From: Camelus dromedarius
Taxonomy: Eukaryota
Direction of reading: 5' to 3'
Length of the DNA: 64,000 bases
Assembly: GCF_036321535.1 (NCBI RefSeq)
Contig: NC_087437.1
Location: forward strand, 47,742,001-47,806,000
The notes beneath the pieces are model-generated. The model ran no database searches and had not been told where the DNA came from. It saw only the letters and a program-made list of their open reading frames with translations. The position numbers were made by a program, and so were the translations under genes. Shown here piece by piece: positions 1 through 12,896 of this stretch (position 1 is the first letter of the stretch; the number at the start of each line of letters is the position of its first letter).

Positions 1-3000
1 AATATTAAATGTGATAACATTTGCACAGAGCTTGCCTCTGAATAAACAATGCTTGGAAGTTAATTGTTACCATTGTCACTGACGAAACCAGGCCTTCCAG
101 ATAACCCTGTCAAGTCGCTCATCTCTGCATGAGTTAAATATCACACGCATCTCAACCGACTTTTTCTACATTTCTCTGCGTGTTTTATGTTTAAAATGTC
201 ATAAAATGAATGCATCTACCCAATTTGCTTCCTCTGAAGTCAGTACCGCCCGGGAGCAATTTTCCTCTCCCCCACCTCCATCTTTCTTCTGAGTTAATTC
301 CAGTTTGACAGACTGTTGCTATAGCATTCCTTCTCTGACGTCAAACAATTTAAAGAAACAGCCCTGGGTAACGAAAACTGCAGAGGAGTTCTTTGTGGAG
401 TTTCTGTGCTGGAGAAAGGTTTGAACAATATCCTAGGAGAACTTTAACACCTCCGCAGCCTTCCATTTCGTCTTCAGCAGCTTCCCACTATCACCTGGAA
501 TAAATCTTTTAGTACCTTCATGATAAGCACACCCTGATTGCGGCTGTGGAGAAAATGCGACCGTTTTGTGTAAACGCCAGACCATGACAAAAAAGGAAAC
601 AGCTGTGGTGCCAGGATGATGAAATTATAGGTTCTTTTTATTCCCAAATTTTCATTTTCCTTATTGTGGGGTGCTTGTTTCCACTAAGAAGAAAGAGGAG
701 AAATGCCAAATCTTACACATATTGGTGTCAGAAAAGTTGATTGGGACCTGAGTGGTTTGTAGCTGTAACTGTTTATATGTTTTAATGATCAAATCCTGAG
801 CATTATCATTGTCATTTTTAGGAGGGAGCAAAGGGAAATTATTATTTAAGGAAATCCTATTATAGACCAGGCTCGCTGCTTTCTTATATGTACTTAATTC
901 TTACAATAACTTTATAATGTGCATTCTACCCCCATTTTACAGACAAGGAAACTGAGGCTCAGTGAGATTAAGTAATTTGCCTAGAATTACACAAGAAGTG
1001 TCACAGCTTTACATGGAATCCAGATTGGATTTACTCCAAAGCCCACTTTCTTTTAGATTCTTTTCTGTCTTGTTCTTGTGCACTGGCACTTAACAGTTAT
1101 TATAGGTCTTTGAGAGGTGGTTGGGCTAAGATTATTGAAAAACAACTGTGCTGGTGTTTAGGAAAACCCAGTGGAAAGTACTGAGATATTCTATCCCAGA
1201 AAAGATTAGGAGAAATATAAGTCAACAGCTTCTAAACACAAAAGAACCTGAAAAGATGGTACAAGAATTCTTACTGACCATTATTTAAAGATTTGAAATT
1301 AGTTACACAAAATGATGACTTCAACCTTCCTGAGAATTTGTTGTGAACAGAGAAATTACTAGAAGAATTAAAGTCCAAGTACAAAAAAGGAAAGTTTAAT
1401 TATTAGCTAAACTAGTCCACTTCCAAGAATATTATATTTCTGTTTTGCCACATCTGCTGCATATTTTTTCTGGAAAGAACACTTAGTCATTAAAGGACAA
1501 GCCTATATTGCAAATCAGAAAGTGGAGCTGATGGAAAGAATTTCATTACCAGGAATGATTTCCTGAAAGTACAGTGATGCATCTAAGTGATCCAACAATT
1601 GGTAATTTTCAAATGATAACATAATCCATGTAGAAAGTAAAAGAAAGAGAGAGAAGGAAAGAAAGAGAGCGAGAGAGAAACAAAGAAAGAAAAAAGAGGT
1701 GTTATTAACACTTTGAAGCCTGCTGATTTATGTAGACAACTGTAATGATATCCTGATTCTAATGATTAAACCCAGTATTCTTGTGTTCGGGTGCCACTGG
1801 GTGATGTTTAGTTTTCTAACTCATTAGGACCATGTTGACAAATCCTATTCTATTAAAAGAGGATGGTGGGGTCCCTGCTGGAGAACCTTTGAAGACAAAT
1901 TCTCTGTCTATTCCTCCTAGTGTTTAACAGAATACCTTGCAGATACCAAGTACTCTGTGAACAAATGAATGAATGAAGGCACTGGGCTACTTTTTTTACT
2001 CAAATAACCTTCATACCTAACCCCACCCACATGCCCTACTCAGAATCATAGAGAGGAGAAGAGCAATTATTATTTTTCTGGGAGTTTACTTATAGTTGCT
2101 TCTGCAGGGTGTTCTGCTCTCCTATAGTTAAGTTCAGAGAAGCTCTGCTCTTGGTCCTATGTTGGATGAATCTGAATCCTGTCCTCAGCAAGCTACTCTA
2201 AAATCCACAGTACCATAGATTTGTAACCTTTGCTTTTAACTCATACCCTAGAAATCATCTGTATTTTTTCTGAGCCTACTTTCTCAGACAATGCCAAGTG
2301 CATTATGAAGAACAAAATTGTCAAAATGGTCAATATTCCAGTACTGCCCTGTTGTCTGTGTTGTATACATTCCAACTGGATTTGATTCAGGATGAGACCA
2401 AATTATATACAAGCAATATATTTTATGGAACTAAATAACAGATTTTCTTCCAGCTACAACAAAATAGTTCAAAAATATTAAATAGAAAATTTCTGATAAG
2501 CTATACACTAGAGTTCCTCAAGGATGTAGGAAGTGATTCCTTAGTAGACTCTGAGAAGTAAGTCTTTGTGTCATTTCAGACATCCTTAATCCTGAGCAGT
2601 CATGTCCAAACCCTTCCCTCTTGCTCACACACATTGCATTTTGATATCAACTCTTTTCACAGCTTATATTTTGAGACGGCCTTTGCTGTATTCTTCTGAC
2701 ACTCCTAACACAAATCAGTTATAGCTTTTGCATCTTTGTACTCAGGTTCTCCAATGGCAATTTGGGTCCATCATCAATATGCACATCAGTGACCTTAGGG
2801 AAGTGCTATACTTGACTGATGATGTCTGTCTCAGGTGTAGGGAGGGAAGTAGAAGCACCCAGGCATGTATTTGCTGCTCTAGGTCCTGTGGTTTAGGTCT
2901 CAGGAATCTGTTATTGGGAAGGGACAGGCAAAGTGAGAAGAATAATAAGCTGCACATCAGAAGACCTGATTTGGAGGTTTGGCTCTGGTACCAAGTATCT

Positions 3001-3180
3001 GTATGATCATGAGCAGATCACAACCTGCTGCATTCTGTCTTGTTCAATACATAAGATGGGAGTGCTGGATTCTAACAGGATTGGCAAATAGCAGTGATAC
3101 CATCACTCAGTTCTATGCCAATATATAACTTGGCTAATCAGTTAGGCATTCTTTCTCTCTAAGCCTCATCCCATTTTCAA

Positions 3181-3613
3181 CAGTTCACTCCCCTTTTCAA
3201 CAGTTCACTTTATGCCACTTCGTGTTTATGAAAGACCTACATTAGAACCTGTTTTTACTAACAGAAAGAAATCCAAAGAGGATTTTCACTTTCATGGGAA
3301 AAAAAAAAAAGACAAAAAGCAAAAATAGCATTCAGCATTTGTTTTGCAACAGCCTTCCTAAAGGCAGCCTACACCCAGAGGAGCCGGAAGAGCAATACCA
3401 CTCAGCTCCTTCCCTGGAAACTACACTCAGCCTCTTAGCATCCAGCCGCCGTAGCTTTGGACTGCGTCTGTGAGCATCTGTGCTTTATCTCAATTTATTT
3501 TGTGCTTCCATTAGCAAGATGAGTCCTAAGGTAATTACTTCTTCACTTTATGCCATTTCGGCTTACAAATGGTTTCCCAGGCAGGCTCTACTTTCAGATA
3601 GCAGGGACAACCT
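3181..3613. mobile_element. TcMar-Tigger-type DNA transposon remnant
   Basis: CAG...CTG termini and Tigger-like internal sequence; subfamily not assigned. Confidence 0.55.
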
Positions 3614-3659
3614 GCACCACACCAGGAAGGTGCTCTAATCTGTTGGTGAGTAGAAACAT

Positions 3660-4195
3660 TATATTAGCTATCTATTGCTGTGTGACAAGCACCCCCACCC
3701 CAACTTTGTGGATTAGAACAACAGCAATCATTTATGTTTCTCATGAATAGCCTACTTAGGCAAGGCTGGGCTGACACACTGCTCAGCTCTGGGCAGTGCC
3801 AGCTAGTTTGACTCTACTGTCAAGATGGCTCTGTCATATGGCTGGCAAATCTGTGGTGCTGGTTGTTGGCTGGAAGATTGGCCAGGGCTGTGGGCAGACA
3901 CCTCTGTTCCTCTTCACATAGGCCTTTCCATGAGCTACTTGGAATTCCGCACACTACAGTGGCTGGGTTCCAAGAGCCAGGGTTCTAAGAGATCTGGGAG
4001 GAAGTGCATAGCATTTTTATGACTTAACTTCAGGAAGCATATACTGTAGCTTCCAGCATCCTTTCTTGGTCTAGACAGTCACAAATTCAGGTCATAGGGA
4101 CACAGACCTCTTGATGGAAGAGTAGCAAGGTTCTAGAAGAGCATGTAGGCTGACACCTATAGTTGTGGCCATTTTTGGAAATACCGTCTGCCACA
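3660..4195. mobile_element. Old MLT1-type LTR
   Basis: tattagctatctattgctgtgtgaca start and other MaLR-like motifs. Confidence 0.65.
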
Positions 4196-4351
4196 AGCAT
4201 ATTCGCTGACCCTGGATTAATCTGTAAGCCTAACACTCTAAGATTCTGTTTTTCCACTCCTTCTTCCCACTTAGCATTACCTTGATTTATGCTAATGTGC
4301 TCCGTCCAGTAGATACTTCAAACAATGAAAAATCTCTTGCTTTCCCTGCTA

Positions 4352-5090
4352 GTTTTTTTTTTTTGGCTTTGCTTTTTTAGTTTAATTTTTTAAATCATCA
4401 AACTATAAAATTGACCTTTTTTGGTGTATGGTTTTATGATTTTAAACACATGTACAGATTCATGTAACCATCACTACAATCAGGATACAGAAGAATTCTA
4501 TCATTCCCCCCAAATTTCTCATGCTGTCCCTTTATTATTATTAGTGTTGTTATTCCCTCACCTCCTTCCCTAACCCCTAACAATCGTGGATCTGTCTCCA
4601 TCCCTGTAGCTTTGTCTTTTTGAGAATATTGTATAAACGGAATCATACTGTATGAAACGTTTTGAGACTGGCTTCTTTCTCTCAGCATAATGCCTTGCTC
4701 CTTCTTATTGCTGAGTAGTATTCCATGGTGTGGTGGGACTGCAGTTTATTTACCCATCCACCCACTCAGCGACATTTGGGATGTTTTCCAGTTTGGGGCA
4801 ATTATGAACAGAGTTTCTGTAAACACTCACATACAGGTAAACAGGTATGTTTTCATTTCTCTGGAGGAGATAACCATGAGCGGGATTGCTGGGCTATGTG
4901 ATTAGTATATGTTTAACCTTATGAGAAACTGCCAAATCATTTTCTGGAGTGGCAGGCCCATTTATCACTCTCACTGGCAATGTATAGGAGTTCCAGTTGC
5001 TCTGAGTCCTTGTCAACACTTGACATTCTCAGTGCTTTTAAAAAAATTCTAGCCATTCACGTAAGTATGTAGTGGTATCTTATAATAGTG
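4352..5090 (-). mobile_element. Old L1 (L1M-type) 3' region
   Basis: Antisense L1 3' motifs (ggcttctttctctcagcataatg; aactgccaaatcattttc). Boundaries approximate. Confidence 0.8.
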
Positions 5091-5842
5091 GCTTATTTTT
5101 GTATCTTCTTCAGCATCACACATACATGTTGTCTCCTGCCTTTCCCAACCCTGATCCAGTTCATGCATTTCTATCAAATTAATTCTCCTAAAACACAGCA
5201 GTGATCAGATTCATTTTTGGTCCAGATAACCTGCAGTAGTTTCCAATTACTTACTGAATTTAATATACCTGCCTTGCACTGGCTTGCAAGGCCTTACATA
5301 ATCTGACTCCAACCTACTTTTCCAGGTTCATCTTTACTTTTCTACTTTACTTTTCTCTCCACCTAGTCCTTTTACTCTTCTGAGAATAGGTTCTTCACCT
5401 CCTCATCTTTGTTAGTGCTATTCCCCAAACTGGCTCCTCTGTCCCTTCCTTCTGTATCACTCAAGAACCAAGAACTTGAGGAGACTGTCCCTGGCCCTCT
5501 GTGCCTGGACTCCCACCAGGTAACACAATGCAATCTATCCCAGATACTCTTTCTGGGCTCTCAGAGCACTTCCTGAGCAGGTCAGCCAATCCAGCCCTGG
5601 GCAGGAATCCAGCTGGGGACTGAGTCTTCTTTGCTGATAGAGACCTACTACTTTCCAAGTGATTTTGCTGGTCACCTTTCCTACAGATGGGGGGGGGCCC
5701 TTACTAGCTACGTAAGTATTCTCTTCATGAATACTGCATCCCCCTAAGGGGACATTTCCGCCCCCAGACCTTTCCCCCTTTAACCAGTGCATGAACTCTA
5801 GAAAAGAAAGAGTGAATATATTGTAATGATATTATCTCATGC

Positions 5843-5988
5843 CTATCTTATCAGTTCTCTGAGAGGTTTTTGAAACATTTTTGAGATTTGAGATTAATGA
5901 TATGGTAATTCTCCAAATGACTTTCCAATAAAGCATGAACAGCTCTGATAGCTGTCAACAATATGTCACTTCCCTTCAGCAATGAAAG
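5843..5988 (-). pseudogene. Exon remnant of the candidate decayed gene
   Basis: Acceptor atcctttctcag; 45 open codons LSLLKGSDILLTAIRAVHALLESHLENYHIINLKSQKCFKNLSEN, then two stops; GC donor in phase 2, matching the phase-2 start at 2907. Confidence 0.5.
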
Positions 5989-6585
5989 CTGAGAAAGGAT
6001 AATAGGATAACATTAATAATTTCCCAACAGAAACAATTGCTTTGGTCTCATAGCAAGCCACTTAACCTGGACTTCAGACTCAGGAAGAGAAAAAAAAAAA
6101 GATGAATAGGAGATATGTAAATCAACTATTATTCTAAGCACTTTTATTTAAAGTTTGAAGAGACAGCATTCTCGGTAACAACAAACATTAATGAGCCTGT
6201 TCTTTAGAACAAAGCTCTGAGATGAAGGGAATGATTTTGAAAGCCCCTGCTTGCTCCACGGATTATTTAAGAGAAAAGTTTTATGAGTTCAGATTTTCTT
6301 AGCCATCTACTCTAAGAGGGCCAGGATATTCAAATCATGTTTTCGAAAGCCCATATAAATCTAAAAGAGTTAAGTTTAATTGTTAATGATAGCAAATTCA
6401 GTTCAGGTCAAGTGTATGATATATTCAAGTTACATTCTATATACCTTCCCTCTTCTATAATTATGCCCATAATTACAGTGTCTAAGGCATAATATATTAT
6501 TTTGTATGATCTAGAGGTTTACAATTATATGATTATTCTATGCCAAAATCTCACTCCTAGAGAACTCATGTCTTATCACTATATC

Positions 6586-6727
6586 TTTTGGGGGGGCAGG
6601 TAATATTTATTTATTTAATTATTTATTATCGTTATTATTTTTTATTTAATGGAGGTACTGAGGATCAAACCCATGACCTCGTGCATGCTAAGCATGTGCT
6701 CTACCACTGAGCTATACCCTCCCCCCC
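6586..6727 (-). mobile_element. tRNA-derived SINE (camelid Vic-1-like)
   Basis: A/B-box-bearing head and AT-rich tail; TSD atcactatatc at 6575-6585 and 6728-6738. Confidence 0.9.
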
Positions 6728-7321
6728 ATCACTATATCCTTAGTCTTAGCACAGTACCTGCACATAGCAGGGACCCATCAATGTTGGTTCAATGAATGAA
6801 TGAATATAGAGATCTAAGGAGAGGTCGCCGGAAGCTTCATTCATGCATTCATACATTCACTCATTCATTCATTTGTAAGTATTTGATAAGTTCTCAGACA
6901 AAAAATATCTTCATAGCTATTTAGGAATGAATAGAATCAGGCTAACAAAATGCTGATTCAACATTAATGCTTGTAGGAGGGGAGTCTTCCTGGCGGGGGT
7001 GGAGGTGGTCCAGCTGGGGTGGAAGTAGGGTGTGCATTCTAAGGCTTGGGACGGTTTTATACCCTTCTCTCACTCAGAGGTGATGTGTGAGCACTGAGCT
7101 ACCTTCACAGCTTCCATTCCCTTTTGTTGTCCTTTAATTTCTTAATGTGTTGTGGGGAAGGGCAGGGCACGGTGGGGGTTACTCTCACACTTTGCCACCC
7201 AAATGACAGTAGTTAATAAGGGTTTCTGGAGCAATTCACTCTCCTCGGGGACCGAGGATGGGAGAAAACTACTGGGTAGAAGCCAGCTTCTGTTCTCATA
7301 GCCTGTGCTGAGTGCACTCAC

Positions 7322-7449
7322 GGGTGTGATATCATCACCTGTTTTTTAAGTGCTCTGTGGGAAAGCCCAACCCTTTGCACTTGGGCCAGAATATTAGCAG
7401 GGTAATGATGGTCTAAACAGGAACTGCTTTTCTCTTCTTTAAAGTACCA
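7322..7449 (-). pseudogene. Best-preserved exon remnant of the candidate decayed gene
   Basis: Acceptor ttttttccccctag and donor gtgagt; 128 nt, stop-free in phase 0: WYFKEEKSSSCLDHHYPANILAQVQRVGLSHRALKKQVMISH. Confidence 0.6.
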
Positions 7450-8724
7450 CTAGGGGGAAAAAAATCAACAATTAGGACTAAATATCTGAAAATAAATATC
7501 TAAAATGTTCTAGGAACAAGGCAGAATTAAGACTTTTCCTAATAGAAACAATCTTCCAGAACAGATATCCTAATTTAGTATTTCCCCTTCGATGCCTTTT
7601 AGGTTTATAGACATTTATTGACTATTTAGGAGTCAGCACTTCACATTATTTACCCCATTTACTATCTACAACAGACTTGTAAGGAGATGTTATTATTCCT
7701 ATTGTGTAAAGGAGGCGATTTAGGCTCAGAGAGAGCAGAATCTTGCTCAGGGGTGGGCATGAAGGGTTCAGGCTCCCCATCATTCTTATCCCTCCCTAAC
7801 CTCCACCTCTAACAGCCCTCCCAGCTATGCCAGTAACTATACAACCTAAGGGAAAGGTTGTGCAAATATTATGCAAATAAGGCTTCAAAACATGCCCCTT
7901 CCTCAGCAATACCCTAGCCCCCAAGACTCTCCTGTATGGAATCACACTCCTAATACGTGATAGAGCTGGCAAATGGAGTCAGAGCTTTCTGACCCGATGC
8001 TTGAGGGGGTTCATCTTTGGAGCCTACTTTCCAGCAGTAACACAACTGCCTTCACTTAGGTTTCATTTTGAGTATTATATTTTCTTCTAAATAGATTAAG
8101 GCAAAACCTCTGGTTAATGAGTGCCTTAGAAGTTTTTCTATCTCTTCAGTTATATCACATAAATAAACAGCAGGCAGGTGGAGAATTTAACCACTCCGCC
8201 CTCATGCAGCTTGCCCCAACATTTACCCAAATCCCAGAGACTTCACAAATTCCTTCCATCTGAGATCATCAACTTCTTTACTCTTTTTTGGCACCCCCCC
8301 CCCCTTTATCAGGATAGCTACTTATTGCTCTTCCTGTTTTGCTTTAACTGAAGTGAATTTGAGCTCTTATCCCTTCTGTCGGACGGATTTCCTGGTTTAA
8401 AAGCTTTGGATCAGAATGACATTAATCCTACTTTTTCTGCAATGTGGACTTACTGCTCATTACAGATATTGTACTGTTCCATCTTACTTTCTGAGAATTC
8501 CATGGACTTTTTCACTGCAAATGAATCAGTGTTTTGGAATTTGCATCTTCTCAAGTGACAAGTGGGCTGTCCCATTTTTAAGAATCTCATTTTTAAAATA
8601 AAATTCTAGTAGTCCAATCTTATCAATTTTTCAAAATCTGATGTAGTTACAACTAAACCTAAAATTGAATTACTAAACTTTAATTATTTACATTATTAGC
8701 AATGTTCAAATTTAAGTATATTTT

Positions 8725-8842
8725 GGGGTGGGGGACATAATTAGGTTTACTTATTTATTTTTAGAGGAGGTACTGGAGATTGAACCCAGGACCTTATGCA
8801 TGCTAAGCATGTGCTCTACCACTTGAGCTGTATCCCCACCAC
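8725..8842 (-). mobile_element. tRNA-derived SINE (Vic-1-like)
   Basis: Same family; perfect 18-bp TSD caaatttaagtatatttt at 8707-8724 and 8843-8860. Confidence 0.92.
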
Positions 8843-9254
8843 CAAATTTAAGTATATTTTATGTAGAAATTGACCCTAGGGTAGCTGCATGAGTCTGCAA
8901 GAAAGTTCCTTCTTTTTGATGACAGTGAGTCAGATTTGTATTAACTCAGAAATGAATTCAAGGGAAAAAAAAAAAGAAACTCTGTCATCTAATGAGTAAC
9001 TGTTTCATCTTGGTTTAGTTGATAAAGCAGCAGCTCTAAAAATAAAACTTACTGTAGATTTGTTCTTTTTTTTTTTAATCAAACTCTCAACTTGCCTTTT
9101 GGCATACCTAATGAACATATAATTTTAAAAAATGACCAAGTATTAGTAGTTGGAAGGAATTTCTTGGTTTGGAGATAGTGTGCTAATTGTTTGGGTCAAC
9201 ATATGAGCTGCCATATAAATTTCAATAAAGTTTAAATGTCCCCAATTTAGTTAC

Positions 9255-9444
9255 TTTTCATGAAATCAGACCTAGTTTTTTTTTTCCACATTGACAATGA
9301 TTGCCTCGACCAAATAATATATGACAGCTTTCCAGATCTTTTTCTTCTTCAACCGACAACTACAATGGCATTTTGTATATTTCAGTGACATTTATTAAAA
9401 TCTGCCTTTTATTGAAGTTATCTGTGTGATTGTGTAATAAGAGT
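9255..9444 (-). pseudogene. Exon remnant of the candidate decayed gene
   Basis: Acceptor tttatatctttaag and donor gtaact; reads LLLHNHTDNFNKRQILINVTEIYKMPL*LSVEEEKDLESCHILFGRGNHCQCGKKK. Confidence 0.5.
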
Positions 9445-10859
9445 CTTAAAGATATAAACCAAGTCTGAGCATCTTTGTATTTCTTACGGCACCAGAGTTT
9501 TCCAACTTTCTGTGCCCCAATCCACCCAACATACTACTGTCAAAATCATTTACTCGAAGTTCAACTCTGCTTAAGTAACCTTTTGGTTAAGAATCTACAA
9601 CAGATTCTGGCTGTTTACTGAATTAAATGCTCCTGCCTCATCTGACATGCATAGCCTGCCATTACCTAGCCCTAACCTGTCCTTTCCAGCTTTATCTCTA
9701 TGGTATTTTCCATTGAAACTTGGCTCTTCCTACTTCTGAGAAGAGGTTCTGGGATTTCCCATTTTTCTTGTGCCATTCTCACGAACTAGAGTGCCTTATA
9801 TAGGGACCTGTCCACAAAGGCATGGCTAATTCTCCCAACCGAACAGATAGTTTCTGATCTTTGCAACACTTGGGTTATACTACTCTTGTGTATTTCTGTC
9901 ACTACTGCCCACTTTGGCTTAAATGATAATAACCTGTGTGCTTGTGTTATCTCCCAGATTCGAGAGTAGGCATGGCATGCTTGAGAGAACACAAGCTATG
10001 AGGTTAGGAAAAAGTTCTAAGTTCATATAGTGCCTCTATCACTTATGAACCGTGAGACTTTAGACAAGTAACTTCCATTTCTGACTTTGTTTTTTTTCAT
10101 TTGTAGAAAAGTCTTTGATTCACTTGCCTTCTCTCTCATGCTATGAGTTATCCCAAAATTAGTGTAAATAAAAAGATTCTTTCCACCTAACCCAATCCCA
10201 TTTGTAAATACCAAAGAAAAGTGATAAAGATAAAAGGAGATAAACAGGCTCATGAATGAGACAGAAAGCTTATACAGGAAGTCTAAGGAGGTTTGAAAAA
10301 AATAATTAAAGGTGTTTAGCTGAGAAAAGAAAGAGTAGAAAAATAGTTTTTTTTTTTTCCAATTTCTTGAAGGAGTTTTATTAGTGGTCTGCACATTCAC
10401 TGAGTCAGGAAGCAATATCTGCAGTCAGTCAAAGCCACAAAGCCCCTGGAAATCAAAAAGAAGTCAAACTCACTTTTCTCTGAGTTTTTCCTTCCTCTAC
10501 TATGTCTTTTAAAAATAAGATATTGAAAAGAAATGTAGACATCCAGCATATATTGAGAGATTAGGTATTTGGTCTCCCAAAACAGAAGAAATTTTTAAGG
10601 AGAATTTCCTGAAATAAATTTACCATTGCTTCTGCTGGAGAGGGAAAGAATTAACGTACACATTAGTAATAATAGTGAATATAACAAGCCTAAACATTTG
10701 TTGAGTGTTTATTATGAGCCTGTTAAGTAATTGGTATCCAAAATTGTTGTCTTGCTTAATAGCCCAATAACTTTGCTACTCTGAGTGGTCCATGGAGCTT
10801 CTAACAAATGCAGAGTTACAAGCCCTACCCCTCAACCTATAGAATAGAATCTACCTTTT

Positions 10860-11415
10860 TAAAAGATCCCCAGGAAACCACCAACAAAATGAAAAGACAA
10901 CCTACAGAATGGGAGGAGATATTTGCAAATCATATATCTGATAAGAGGTTAATATCTAAAATATGTAAAGAACTCATAAAACTCAATAGCAAATAGCAAA
11001 AAAAAAGCAAATAAAAATAGCAAAAAAAAAAAAAAAGATTTAAAAATGGGCATTTTTCCAAAGAATACATCAGATGGCCAATAGGCACATGAAAAGATGC
11101 TAAACATCACTAATCATTAGGGAAATGCAAATCAAAACCACAATCTTGCCATTTGGGACAACAAGAGTGGAACTTGAAGGCATTATGCTAAGTGAAATAA
11201 GTCAGAGAAAGAAAGACAAATATATGATTTCACTTATATTTGGCATCTTAAAAAACAAAACCAAACCAAGCTCATGGATACACAGAACAGATTAGTGGTT
11301 GCCAGAGATATGTGTGGGAGGGGGAATGGGGTGGGTGGGATTTGGGGTGGTGGCGGTCCTGTGAAAGGGATGAAGGGAGGCAAGGATACAAACTTCCAAT
11401 TATAAGATAAATACG
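10860..11415 (+). mobile_element. L1 fragment (ORF2 C-terminal part and 3'UTR, with internal deletion near 11143)
   Basis: Translates ETTNKMKRQPTEWEEIFANHISDKRLISKICKEL, typical of L1 ORF2p. Confidence 0.9.
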
Positions 11416-12694
11416 TCTTTATTTATTTATTTATAATTTTCAATATTTACCAAAATTTTTATAATGTCTTATTTCTATCATTAGGAAAAAAATTAAATAG
11501 CAATATAATGTATAGTTGGTACTCCTTGATTACTGCTTCTGATTTCAATTCTTGAGTTGGAAAAGGGAGAGTATTTTTGATGAAACATTCTACCACTATT
11601 ATCTACTTGCTGTCTGTTATTTGGAAAACAACCCTCCGCAGACACTAAGTATACCCTTTGAAAATGAGAAAGGCCTGACCACAGACAGTCTTCCTTTATT
11701 CTTCTACTAAACTGAAGAATATAAAAGTAATTCTTTCTAAGTTTAAAAGTCCATTTCCCACACTGAAGGAATTTAAAAAAAAATCTTTTACTTTGGAATA
11801 AATATAGATGCACAGGAAATAGCAAAGATAATACTGGAGAGGTGTGTTGTGCCCTTCACCCGATTTCCTCTTGAAGCAACGTTTAAACATGAATTACTTG
11901 ACAGATTTCATTTCTTTATTCTTATAGCAAGAGACTAGCACTGGGCAGCTGTGTCGTCAGTTCTAACAGCAAGTCCAGTCCTTTCGGTTTCTCTATTTTG
12001 AAAACAGGGAAATAACTTTTTTCTTAACTTCCCATGGTTGACCCTGAGTCATAGATGTTTACAAAGAAATCTCAGCCCACTATGCTGTATAATTTCTCCT
12101 GCCATATACATGTGTAAATGTAACCTCTTAGTTGCAGTTTCAGTTCAAGAGTGCATTTGCTCTACGCTTCTCTCTTTATAGGGAATTACCAGGTGCTGTG
12201 GGTACTCTGCTCAGCTAAGCCGAGGCAAGGGTTGCAGAGAAAGAGGGTGGAAAAGATAGTCTCGACTGATAAAACTTTCCCTATCATTTTTAATGTGTTG
12301 AGGCTTCAACATAACTGAAATATAAAACACTGATAACTGAAAAAAATACTGCTCTATTAAATGACATCTGCTTGATGATGAAATTAAAACAAAACAAAAC
12401 AAAAGGACAAAACCTGACTACTTCTCTTGCCAAATCTGACTACTTAACCATGGATAGTGGTAGAAGCTCGGCAGCTCATAGGTGGCAGGAGACATTGGTT
12501 AAGTGGGACACTCTGCAGTCAGATTTGCCCAGGTTTAAATGTGGCCCTGGGCAATTTCCTGTTCCTCAATTTCTTTATCTGCCTGGCCTTTTGAACCACT
12601 CAAGAAATATTAGCTATCATTCTTGTTGTAGAAATTATAAATAGTTCATTCACATTCTTTGAGATTCCCAACCACCTAACGTTATTCAAGAATC

Positions 12695-12896
12695 TTTTTT
12701 TAAGAGTTTGAGTAGAATTGGTATTAATTCTTCTTTAAAAGTTTGGTAAATTTCACCAGTGAAATCATCTGGTCCTGGACTTTTGTTTCTTGGGAGGTTT
12801 TTGATTACTGATTCAATCTCCTTACTAGGAATCAGTCTGTTCAGATTTTCTATTTCTTCATGATTCAGTCATAGTAGTTTGTATGTTTCTAGGAAT
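12695..12896 (-). mobile_element. Internal L1 ORF2 fragment
   Basis: ccagtgaaatcatctggtcctggactttt...ttgattactgattcaatctc is antisense L1 ORF2. Confidence 0.85.

Noticed and set aside
7860..7879. Tandem octamer-like motifs (gtgcaaat, atgcaaat)
   Set aside because: Short AT-rich motifs with no other support.
11316..11356. G-quadruplex-like G runs
   Set aside because: Ordinary G-rich tract of an L1 3'UTR.
11493..11825. 110-aa ORF as an independent gene
   Set aside because: Starts in repeat-like/intronic sequence; only 11711-11523 looks exon-like, and its true frame is ambiguous.
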